A DNA stretch of 64,000 nt from Callorhinchus milii (lineage: Eukaryota): contig NW_024704742.1 of the NCBI RefSeq assembly GCF_018977255.1, forward strand, positions 51,896,001 to 51,960,000. Reading direction: 5' to 3'. Positions 53,080-64,000 of this stretch are shown one piece after another (positions within the stretch are counted from its first letter, which is position 1; the number at the start of each line of letters is the position of its first letter). The notes beneath the pieces were generated by a model. That model searched no databases. It saw only the letters and a program-made list of their open reading frames with translations, and was not told the origin of the DNA. A program made the position numbers and the translations under genes.

Positions 53080-53401
53080 ACGTGGAGTCCTGTAGCTCAG
53101 TGGTTAGAGCACTCGCTTTGCAAGTGAGAGACCTGAGTTCAATTCCAGGCAGGGCAAAACCTTGGGCAAGTTTCCTTACTCCACACACCTAATAATAATC
53201 CCTCCAAAAACAAAAACAATAATAAATTGGTCATTTTCAATCCATGACTGTTTGTGGGACATTGCTGTGCGCAATTGGCTGCCGCGTTCGCCCACAAATA
53301 TACAGTCAACTCACTTTACAGTATATTCTGTGAAGCGCTTTGGGACGTCCTCCCGACGTGAAAAGCGCTATATCAAATGCAAGGATTATTATATTATTAT
53401 T
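53080..53401 (+). mobile_element. Full-length tRNA-Ala-derived Deu-domain SINE with L2-type tail
   Basis: Head GGAGTCCTGTAGCTCAGTGGTTAGAGC (A box), stem-loop CTCGC-TTTGCAA-GTGAG (TGC anticodon), GTTCAATTCC (B box). Core TTTGTGGGACATTGCTGTGCGCAATTGGCTGCCGCG; tail ...AAAAGCGCTATATCAAATGCAAGG(ATT)n. Confidence 0.9.
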
Positions 53402-55612
53402 AGGGATGTAACTAACTAGTACTTTCATCTCTGTGACTTTGTTGCCATGCGCAGTTCATTTTGTAAAATGATGGCTGTTGTGGAAAACTGTCTTGTAGTA
53501 TCTGAGCCAGGAAAGGATGTTTAGGAATTTAAATCAAAGCATGAATACATTTTTTTTGTAACTTTGTTAGTTCTTGCTCCTGTTGCAGTACAGTAATTGA
53601 CACTTTGTTGTGCCTGCTTAATTGTGCATGTTGTCTGGAAGCAAGGCTGCCTGCAGAAGGCAAACCATTTTGGATAATTTAAGATAAAAGATGGTCTCCC
53701 ATTTCTCATTTTTCATCTTGTGTGCCACAAAGAGCTGCTTATGGTTGTTGCACGACTTCCTTCATGAGGATTAGATCGCTGGGAACACCAACGGGCGAGA
53801 GCTATACCTATTTGTTGTTTTTGTGTGGCTCACCAGTTTCTCATTAAGTGGAATGCTGATACACCTTGAAATACACATTTGTGACTGCATTTGATAATAT
53901 TTGCAATTAGCAGCAAGATTTGTTTTGGGTAGTTTTCCTTTTACACTTCTGCATGAATGGAATGTGAAAGCGTCTTCTGCCCAGCTCAGACTGGGGATGC
54001 AAAAGACACTTCATGATACCACCTACTTTTATTATATCACTGCATTTCTCTGGGTTTGCATTTCATTAATATCTTTGGGAGCCAAATCCTGCAACTTTTT
54101 CACATCCTCAGTTGTTGCCGACTCTGCAGCTGTCTGAGAAATTGGAGGGTAAGGCCCCAAAGCGGCCTCACTCTAAACTATTTGTTATTTTAAAATACAG
54201 CCCATTAATTCATTATAGTACAGGAGGGGTTGGGAAGGGCAATGGGCTAAGAGCTAACGCCAAGTGCCAGTATGTATCCAACCTCTGAAATACTGTGAAG
54301 ATATTAAACCTGATCAGGCAGCTTGTGTGACAAGTGGGATCTGTTTTAAATACGTTTGAGAAAGTACTGCTCGATGTCTGTTTCACAAGCACACCTTTCA
54401 TAGGATGATTGACTTCAATAGTTTTCTGTCATTGTTTTTTAAGTGGAGAGGTTGCTTATAGCGAAAGCCCTCTGGCAGCCTAAAATGTTACTTTAGTGCT
54501 TGCTCTAGGGTGTTTTTCCTACCTTATTAAGAATCCTTGAATTGGTTTAGCACTGATAACATCAAACTATCTCGAACCGCTGCTGGGGAATTGGTTCTAA
54601 GTTTTGTGACTGTATCGTGCAACTGCTAAATGGATTTAATGCATTGTAAACTTGTTTTTGATCTTCCTGTTCTATCTTTGCTTACTTTACCTATTTGCAT
54701 GATTTCCATTCTTTCCTCTAATACATTTTTTAGCTGAGTTGATCAGTGTCATTTTCTCTTGTACAAAAAAAACTTGTTTATGTTGTCAAAGTTAGGATGC
54801 AGCATTACCAGAAAGGCATTGCTTTCTTTTCAACACACATCCAATGTAATAAATTTATTCAGTGGTAAATATTACTGAAAGCATGTGTCATAACAAAGAA
54901 GACTTTGGTTTACTAATTGAAGAAATGCCTTTTGCTGTGAAGACTCTTATTTCATCTTGTGGTTTCTTTTTTGCTTTGGCAGGTTTACACATTTGTGAAA
55001 GCTTAACACCACATGTTATTACTAAGCAAGCTGCCTCATACAAGTCTGCTTCCTTCAGTGGGCTAATGCTAAGCATTCTTGATGTATGAAACCTGTTTTG
55101 CTTTATGTGAATCATAGCCACAGTACTATTTAGGGAATGGGAGACATTTTTACTAGAATGGGCCATTTATACCTTAGAGACTATTTAGTTGTGAGTATGC
55201 ACTTTTAAAAATGCATTTTACTCTCTCTAATCTTCATATTGTGTGACAGTCCTTATGAAACTGCTTTACCAACCACATCTTGAGATTTAAACCTGTCTTT
55301 TAATATACCTGCCCATTGCATATAATGAAACGTCAGTGGTACGTGCAACAATTAGTGCTTTATGCTCTTACTGACATCCATTGTTTGTCTCAAGCAGGAT
55401 ATATTATGAAGAAACAAAATGCATGTGAATTAGTCAGACACAAACTCCATCTTGAATGCTAAGAGAATAATTTGGTAGATAAAAGGAAAATGCTGCAAAA
55501 GCAGAAAATGCGCATCTCTTCAGGGGAACGTTTAGATATTTGTATTGTGCTTCAAATTGGGCAATTTTTTTAAAGAGTTTTTCTTTTCCTCTTTCCTTGC
55601 TTCCCAAACCAG

Positions 55613-55768
55613 TGAAGAAGGTCGGTACAGACACAGAGACTATCAGTCAGACAAAGTCTACGATCGTGATTACCATCACAGAGATAAAGTTAGCAGAGAA
55701 AAAGAAGATCGTCACAAAGAACGACGCCACCGGGACAAAGAGGAGGGTAGACACAAATCATCAAGAAG
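55613..55768 (+). CDS. FIP1L1: FIP1L1 coding exon 15
   Basis: Long pyrimidine tract then ccag| ... AG|GTATCA; 156 nt; EEGRYRHRDYQSDKVYDRDYHHRDKVSREKEDRHKERRHRDKEEGRHKSSR. Confidence 0.94.
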
Positions 55769-55904
55769 GTATCAACATCAAACAAACGTTTTTTTTTTCA
55801 TACGTTTTCAGATTGCTCCGCAGCAATAAATCATCTTACTGCTACCACTCACATTTCATGATGCAGCATGTTTATATATTAAAGCTCAGTATGTTTCTAT
55901 GAAT

Positions 55905-56435
55905 ACAATACAAAAATTACATTTGTAAAGTGCCTTTCACGTCAGGACGACGTCGAAAGGTGCTAAACAGTCAGGGTCATTAGTACCCGAGGTGTGGGTG
56001 GTTGGTATTAGGGAGACATAGAGGATGGGAGGGTGGCTGAAGGCACGTTTGAAGAGGAGGATCTTGAAGGAGGCAAGGGAGCGAGTGTGGCGAAGGGGAT
56101 GTGGGATGCAGTTCCAAAGGGTGAGGGCAGAGAGGCCCGACGGTGGGGCAGGCCGGGCGGGGTACATGGAGCCGGGGATGGGGTTGAGGGAGCAGGTGGT
56201 GGGCTTCATGCGGGTTATGGTGGTGGTGAAAAAGGAGGGGGAGACCGGTTCGAAGGTGTAGAGGGAGGAATTGGTAGGGGCCGGAACGTGAGGGAGAGTG
56301 GGGAAGGAGTGGTGGTTGGGAGGGCGGAGACGGTTAACGGATCCCCTCGATTTTGGTCTTGAGGAAATCCAACACCTCCTTGCAGTTGGAGTTGGAGGAG
56401 AGGATGGGCGAGGCGTTAGAGGGTGGATGGAGGTA
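55905..56435 (-). mobile_element. Heavily deleted L2 (tail fused to mid-ORF2)
   Basis: Tail at 55905-55975; MKPTTCSL segment and GGAAATCCAACACCTCCTTGCAGTTGGAGTTGGAGGAG, shared with 20560-20600. Confidence 0.85.
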
Positions 56436-57174
56436 GTGGATATATAAGAAAGGAACTGAAATATTCCAAGCTAGGACTTCCCACTGATACCACTTTTAAG
56501 GTAAAGGGTAGAATTGCTTGTTGTTGGGCATCCCACATGTCGCACGACAAATTAAGTAACAAGCTTGTATCTATGATTATCTCTGCATGATGAATTTCCA
56601 ATGTAGCAGGCACTAAGCTAAAGCCATAAGGCAGGGGAAAATCTGATGCTGGTCACTTTTGCACACTTCATATCAACTAGCTATACAGCACTATCGATGG
56701 AGGCTAAGGAGAGGCCTCCATCGATCGAGGAAGCTGTGCAAAAGATCAGTGACTTCAGAAGGTAAAAGAAACGATTGGTTGCTCAAGGGCTAGAATGCTT
56801 TGATTTCCATTAAGCTACTGGTATCTTTACTAACTTGGTGTGATGTGACCAAGAATTGAGCATGTTTTTCTCTCAACTCCATATCAAATGTGAAATACTT
56901 TCCTCTACATTGCTTAGCGATGTGTGTCATAGAAATGTTCTCTCAAGGTGACCTGTGCTTAAGTTGGTTTGTCCTTTTTGCTGCCATATAAATTGACATG
57001 AAAGTTGTCGATTTGAACAGACATCCTAACAATCTGAAAAGGTTGATCCATTTTACTGTTATACGGTTGAAATCCAAGTAAAAGGCATGATTTTGAACAG
57101 TAAATGTCTCCTTCATGAAATGACAGCATTGTAATAGATTCAGTGATGGCCAGATCTTTTATGTCTCGTTGCAG

Positions 57175-57322
57175 CAGCAGCAGACGGCGCCACGACAGTG
57201 AAGAGGTAGATGGCCACAAGCGACACAAACATAAGAAGTCCAAGCGAAGCAAAGAAGATAAAGAAGCCAGTGAGGAACGTTCCCAGGAACCAGAGCCCAG
57301 CGAAGCTGCTAGTAGTAACTAG
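57175..57322 (+). CDS. FIP1L1: FIP1L1 last coding exon (16)
   Basis: (CAG)4 acceptor; SSSRRRHDSEEVDGHKRHKHKKSKRSKEDKEASEERSQEPEPSEAASSN*; TAG at 57320-57322. Confidence 0.93.
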
Positions 57323-57504
57323 AATCTAGGTTCTCCCCCACTACCTGCATTGCTACTGATTAGTTGGATGGCAAATATTGGAAATACTTGAAAATCTTTG
57401 TTCAGGTGATAATTAACCTGAATTTCTGCAGATGTCAGAATTTCAAAGACTGTTGAAGTTGTTGGTGCTTTTAAGTACTTACTGTGTTATTAAAAAAAAA
57501 AGTT

Positions 57505-57560
57505 TGTATTAGTTTGTTGAAAAAGAATAAAATTTCTGGACTTTTCGTTTTAAAAATGAA
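57505..57560 (+). terminator. Likely proximal FIP1L1 poly(A) signal
   Basis: TGTA at 57505, AATAAA at 57526-57531, U-rich downstream. Further AATAAA at 57969 and 58380. Confidence 0.6.
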
Positions 57561-58631
57561 AGTTTTACTTTTTAAAAAAAAGTCAGTAGATGCAAACTAC
57601 TTAAAAATTCTGATCAATACTTTCTCTTTTTCCTGTGCCACTGAAATAGCAAGCTGAGCACTCTTGTGTTTTGTTGCACTCCTATTCCTCAGTCACGCAT
57701 GTCCCTGCATGTAAAAGAAAAATGTGGACACCTTTTGTTCTGTGGATTTTAGCGGCACACGTTCACAAATTATAATCTTCAACATTAGTGTATGCTCTTT
57801 ATTTTATTAATGCATGCTGGCTTGACTGAGGGAATACTTAACTATCTCACGTGCTACCTAGACATTTTTCCTGAATACACATTTGAGAATAGAAAATTCC
57901 TGTTTAACTATATGACAGGTTGCAACTCTGCTGTAAAGTATTGATCATATGAAAATGAAGTAAGTACAAATAAATAACCAAGAATATTTGTGGGAACTAC
58001 ACAAAACCCGTAATGCCATGATTTTTCTGTGCCTTTTATTCTGATTAAAAAATTTAGGCGCAGAGTGATGCACTATTTCACGGATATTTGAGTCCTCTAT
58101 TTATGTCATTTATTTTACATCAAAAGTGATTTACTGTAGTCACAAAAGTTGATGTTTAGCTCAACAGCAAGCTTAATCTTCAGATACCTGACCCTACTCA
58201 AAATGAATACTATTAAATTAACTTAACAATAGTTGCCGAATCCATTCAGCAGTTAAGTGCATAGAGATACTCTAGCTTGATTGTACTAGTGTACATTTGA
58301 ATTCCATGCCAACAACTTGTATTCTGTACATCTTAAAACGCATGGTAACTATATTTGTGTTCCAAGCTGTTTTTATAACAATAAAACACCATTTTTCTTT
58401 TGTAGAAAATGCATAAAATTATACAATTCAGTAGATCACAGAAACTTAAAAGTTTAGCAAAGATTTAGAACTTTTTGTATAATCAGTAACCGTAACAATT
58501 TTAGCAATTTGATTTTGTAAATGTCTTCTGATGAAATTCTGCTTATGTTTAGGATTAAAAGATCGATTGGCCAAATGGCCAACTCCTGTTACCAAGTCAT
58601 TCCAACTCATTTAATGTGGCTATAATGCAAG

Positions 58632-58767
58632 CTAGAGACGACTGCCAGGCCAGGACACCACAGTGAGAATGACTTTTCCCCTCACTTCCTTGAGCATTTT
58701 CACCAAACAGGGGTGACTTATTCCTGAGGTATTCCTCCTATTGACTGCCAGGATCATATCTCCACAT
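58632..58767 (-). CDS. LNX1: LNX1 (ligand of Numb protein X 1) last coding exon, end of final PDZ domain
   Basis: ttattacag| then (R)[44 protein letters not shown]; in phase with the upstream exon. LNX1 rather than LNX2 is assigned by synteny with FIP1L1. Confidence 0.92.
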
Positions 58768-61700
58768 CTGTAATAACAAGAGTTATATGGTTACAGAATA
58801 GTTCATGGATGTGCAGAAACATTGCTGAACTTCAGTTCAGTATACACCAATAATAACGTTGCTGCAGTACCCTTGTGCTCTCAGTTCTGTAACTAATGAG
58901 GAAGCATTAATGTTGAAATATATTAACCATTTTTTTTCTCTGCACACAGTTAAAAGCCAATGTGTAATGTTGAGATTCCTTCCATTGTCCTACATGCTGC
59001 TGCTACTGCGTATCCAGCTGCAGATCTCTTATTTTCTTTGACTTCCCAATTTAAAGAAATACATAAGAGTTTTGATCATCAATGAGCTGTTAGAGTTTAC
59101 TTATGGTTTTTAACAACATTTTTAAAGTTGTGAAGCAACAGTCTTGTATAAGGAATGTTGCAAACTAGAGGGGTTGGGGAGATGATAAAATTTACAACTA
59201 CCATCAATATCTCTCTAGCTGACTGACAGCACTGGTGAAACTCGTTCAATGAGGCCAATTAAACACAGCTGTTAGTTTAAGTTCATCTTTCATGTCGCCC
59301 ATTATTTTTATTGTTTAAATTCAAATTTGACTTCTCTTAAGGTTTTTTTGGATGGTGGTCCCTTTAAGACGACATTAGACTCCTGTGTTATTGACAGTGC
59401 AGTTTATCATCAAGTGAAGTAAAATATCATTTTTTTGTAAAAATTTGTTCCAGACTTGGTTTCGGTTTTCTGGAATACATTTGTCTCATTGAAACGGGTA
59501 TATTTCTGAGGTATAGAATGTCTGATTTAAGTAGTTAAAACTTTTAACTTGTTATGGAATTACCTTCCAAACTTTATTTCTCTAAAAGCTTAATTATATA
59601 TTTTGCAAGTTTGTCTGTGTCTGGATCTCCTAGTTAACATTTATTTTAAATGCACATTTTCCATTTCTATTTTCTTCCCCAGCAAAGACAGGCAGGAAAC
59701 AGTATGATAGGCTTTTGTCAATGGTACTATACAATCAGCGATTTTGTAGGGTCACTATATTCTGTGTTTTAGAACACTGTTTCTTCCGCCATCACCCATT
59801 CAAACCAGAATAGAAAATCACCAGAAAGTAAACTGGACTCTTAACTTTTTCCCCACTAATCTATAATAATATAGTGTAAAACAATAGTACTGTACTAACA
59901 GCAACAAATCTTAATTCCTTTAATGATGTGTAGTTTGTTCTCTAAAAACTGAGCAGTTTCATTTTAACAGATGAGATGCACTGAGACAAAGTGAGGGAAG
60001 AAGATGGGATTGCTGCTTTGTAATATGTCTGGTCGCTTTACAGAGCACTTCTATGCTTTGTGTATTTTGTTTCTTCAGCCCTAGTTGAGTTGCGAACTCA
60101 CAGGAAATACTCACTGCAGCTGGGAAGAACTGTTAAACTTACTCAATGCATGAACTACTGTTCCTCTGCTGCTAGATGTCACTATTGTGCTTCATAACCA
60201 GTACAATGCAATGCAAAAAAAAATGGATAGCAAGAGACCAGGAAACAACGGTTCTTTTTTGAATTAGCTACAGGAAAGTGTTTTTTCTGAAAACGCTAAA
60301 CGAAAATGCTGATTCACTGATGCCACAAGATTTTTAACTAAATTATAAATTAAAGCTAAACAGTGGCAACATGAGTAAATTTAGATATTTGTAGCCCCTA
60401 GCTCTGAGGGGAGGCACTTCAGTTCTCTGTTATGTATAATATTTTTCTGATCTAGATTGCTGCAAACTACATACTAAGTAAATTTATGGGAAATGTTAAG
60501 CTATCCCTTTCTAACATCCTGCTGTAGATACGCAGTACACTTACTTCAGAAGCTCTTACCAGTACTATACTGGATTCCCTCCCCCACTCTATTTTGACAA
60601 TACTCCAATTCACTCTCTAACAAATAATTTATACAAAATTAAATTATGATATACTCAGACTTTTGTTTCAAGTTACTATAAAATGTCTGCCCCATTGCCA
60701 AGGGAGATTTTTATTTAACCAATATTTGCCAAACATTCAGCAGACAACAAACTCCTTTATGATAGATTATACTATTTCATGTGGGGAACCATGGTTGAGA
60801 TTAGTATGGCTGTACCTGCAGTGAGGAAATTGCAAACAGCTGTTTGCTGGTGGAGCTGAAATCGGAGCTTTCATTTAAAAGCTAACCATTTGAATAAAGC
60901 TATATTAGTGTCAAAACTAAAAATTAACATATTCAACTGCCTGTGTTAACCAGATTTTGAAGTTTTCTACTTCTATCAGATGCTAATTAAACTAGTTCTA
61001 AATCTGAGATTTCCTCTGTTTGCCATATTCAAATGGATTAGGAAATGATTTGATTCTCTTTGCAAAATGTAAGAATGTTAACTTTGCCCTGTTCATTACA
61101 TTTAGCAAATGTGATGTATGCTTATCAAAATTAATGTAATGCATTTTTAAGTTAACATTTATTCAAAAGAAAAAAAAGCTAAACTTAGCGAATAGAACAT
61201 AGCAACTCAGCACACTTTAATGAATTTGCTACATTTAGTCAAGAGAACAGGTTAATCCCAATTATTTGTAATGTGCAATGTCTGCCTGTGGTTTCAAAAT
61301 GCAAACAAGGCATTTGCCTCTGCCAGAGAAGCTCAGCCTAGTTGGAGGTTGCAGATTTTTGATAACAGTAGTAATTTTTTTAAAAGAGTAAACGTAATGT
61401 TAATGATCCACTGTTCTTGTGGTCCTCAGTACTAATTGACTTATTTTAACAAAAAATGGATTTTTGTAGTGCAGATCTGTATACAGAGAGGGTGAAGTGA
61501 GAATCTCCTATTTTTNCAATCAATTATAGCACTTTATGCAATCTACAGCCAAAGTAAGACAGCAAATGGCTGTTTCTGCTTTAGGTCAAAATATCAATAA
61601 AAATAATGAAATTAAAATGACAATGTTAAATGTAACTGATACAAATTTTACATTTGGAAAGGAACTCTTGTTTTAAACTATTGCAGTGCTAACCGCACCT

Positions 61701-62109
61701 CTACAGATACATGGGTACGACAGCTTCATCTATTTCAGTAAAGATTCTATAACTTACATTATTACGGATAAATTTTTGTGTGGGCTAATGGCAAATTAGT
61801 TTTCTGCAAAAAATCCATTTTGACTTCACGGATGTCTGCACCACCGAAAGTAACCGATTAACTCGACTATTGGAAACCTTGGCGTTAATACTTTATTTAA
61901 TGGGGAGGGAAGAAATGTACTTGGTAATAGAATCCTGTGTGTGTATGCAGCATATGGGATGAGTTTAATGCCTCATTCACTTGGTGATTCCTGTGTTTTC
62001 AGCTTCATTGTATAGTACCTTATTAAACTGTCTGAATTTTATGTCTTAATGTACATTTTTAGTGAATTGTGTGATGATCAAGATGAGCGACGTCAGTCAC
62101 TCGGAGCAT

Positions 62110-62378
62110 GCAAGTCATGTGGTTTTAGCTGGTTAGACTCCAGTTATCCCAATGCATGTTCTGGGGGCTCCCCAAGCCTTGGCACTTGCCAACCTGTGCC
62201 TAATACTTTCCGGAATTAGGTAAGCAGGATGCATCCCTCCAGGGAGAGAGAGCACATTCCAACAATCTATCTCTGGGATTTCCATGTGTAGGTGGGATGC
62301 ATGGAAATCTCAGTTGGATTTGGATACTCTGAAGCTTGGTGATGGGTTTCTGCATGCATCAGACATTTGCCTGACCAG
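62110..62378 (+). repeat. Copy of unclassified repeat (right part)
   Basis: Shares CCCCAAGCCTTGGC, AACCTGTGCCTAATACTTTCC and CATTCCAACAATCTATCTCTGGGATTTCCATG with 10225-10493. Confidence 0.8.
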
Positions 62379-62554
62379 AAAAACAGAAAAGGAATATTTA
62401 CCTACTTTTTGTTGCCAATGCCACTCAGGTCAGATTTAGGTTACAGCCTTTTCTGTCTTCCATGAGCAATGTGATTCAATTCAATAGACAGCACCTCCCA
62501 ATGTGACATTTTCATTTTACACATTGTGGCATTTTTGACCAAGTCTGAACATTG

Positions 62555-62852
62555 ATAATAATCTTTGCATTTTATATAGCCCCTTATCCCATCTGTTGAG
62601 TCTCATTGAGTTTCATATAGACACTTGTGTCTAGATGTCTCAAAGTGCTTCACAGAATATACTGTAAAGTGAATAGACTATATATTTTGTGGGTAAAATC
62701 TGGCAGCCAATTGCGCACAGCAGTGTCCCACAAACAGTCATGGATTTTTTTTAAGGAATTATTACTCCCAGAAAAGTGATCCGCCAACCGACTAACAACC
62801 GGGTTCTACTTACTGTTAGGTAAACATGAATGTGGAGTAAGGAATCTTACCC
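62555..62852 (-). mobile_element. SINE, longer variant lacking head, with a 38-bp foreign insert
   Basis: Tail, Deu core and CCCAGAAAAGTGATCCGCC segment; insert at 62594-62631. Confidence 0.82.
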
Positions 62853-63638
62853 AGTTAGCATTATATTAGGTGAAATGTTATTTCATATTTAATAGGAATT
62901 GGATGGAGATTATCCATTGAGATACTTGTTCCATCAATCAACGCTAGCATTCAGCCAAATCAAGTCTGGATTGAACCAGGACCCTGGAAGTGAAAGGAGA
63001 CTATCCTGATCCACTGTGCCAACCAGTGCCCACTAGTGAAAGTGGATAACTATAAAATTTAGCAATCTAATTGAAAATATTGAAGTTAAAAGATATGAGA
63101 TAGTAATATAGTATTTGAATAAGAATAATATAATATTTTTGTACGATCAGACACTACAGTATTTTCATTTTCATCAGATAGGTGTTGAGTCTCATTGAGT
63201 TTCATATAGACACTTGTGTCCGTAAACTTCACTCACATTAATCAAGCCTTGGCTCTCACCAACCTGCACCTAATGCTTTCCAGAATTAGGTAAGCAGGCT
63301 GTGTCTCCAGGGGAAGAGTGCATTTCTTTCCAGATGCAGAGAAATTTTCTCTGTGTAGATGGCTTGAATGTGGAACTTTCTGGTTTGGACAATTAACCAT
63401 AGTGATGTGTTTTTGCATGAGACACACCCAGATGATGAAACAAAAATAATTTTATGCTGCCTTCAATCTAAATTGCGGACAACACTGGAAAAAAAGATTA
63501 AAATAGCTGTTGTTTTAAAAATGCCTAAATTTAACATTGTTAGTGTTGATGTGAAAATTTGCAATGTCAATATATGAAACTGTTTTTGTTCTAACCACAT
63601 ACAACATGTAACTATTTAGCGAATGAAAACACTGGTAC

Positions 63639-63797
63639 CTTAATCTTCCATCATTATAAGCTGGAGTTCCATCAACAATGGATTTTATAAAAAATGGCTG
63701 GTTCCCATGGTTTTCTTCATATCCTCCAACAATGCTGAATCCCAGGCTACCAGACGTGTTTCTTCTCAGTACAATGTCTTTACACCAATACAGGTAT
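63639..63797 (-). CDS. LNX1: LNX1 penultimate coding exon (PDZ domain)
   Basis: ccttcttag| ... AG|GTACCA; 159 nt; [52 protein letters not shown] with the PDZ SLGF loop. Confidence 0.94.
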
Positions 63798-64000
63798 CTA
63801 AGAAGGCACAAGATTAATCACATGTAGAATTCCACCCCTTAACAATACAAAGTTTCATACTATGTAGGCAGTAAAATCTCCAGTACAATTAATGAGTACA
63901 TGAATGTCTAGAAGACGTGAAAAGCACTATATCAAATGCATGGATTATTATTATTAAACCACTTCAATCATGTGCATAGTAAACAGGGCAAGGATGTGTT

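Noticed and set aside
53084..53155. tRNA-Ala gene (also near 42290-42360, 2940-3005, 12810-12873)
   Set aside because: No proper acceptor stem, and each is fused to a Deu core and L2 tail; these are SINE heads.
61516..61516. Single ambiguous base n
   Set aside because: Assembly ambiguity with no biological meaning.

Overview
Vertebrate nuclear DNA, most likely a cartilaginous fish and possibly a chimaera; this is inferred from abundant L2 LINEs and a tRNA-Ala/Deu-domain SINE and cannot be confirmed here. The window holds the SCFD2 - FIP1L1 - LNX1 block (human 4q12 synteny). SCFD2 coding exons 1-2 are on the - strand, with the rest beyond the left edge. A complete FIP1L1 gene is on the + strand: 16 coding exons that I spliced by hand, all GT-AG and phase-consistent, 1677 nt / 558 aa. 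The last two coding exons of LNX1 are on the - strand, tail-to-tail with FIP1L1. The remainder is intron rich in L2, CR1 and SINE fragments, plus a 1.3 kb GGGCAGGAGG-core minisatellite in FIP1L1 intron 1. Most listed ORFs are repeat-derived or spurious. The strongest leads are RNA-processing signals inside FIP1L1, itself a core polyadenylation factor. These are two look-alike intronic poly(A) modules that would remove the RE/D domain (candidate autoregulation), a candidate 18-nt microexon with a UGC motif, candidate poison exons, and a young inverted SINE pair flanking a frame-preserving two-exon block. All of these are sequence-only predictions.
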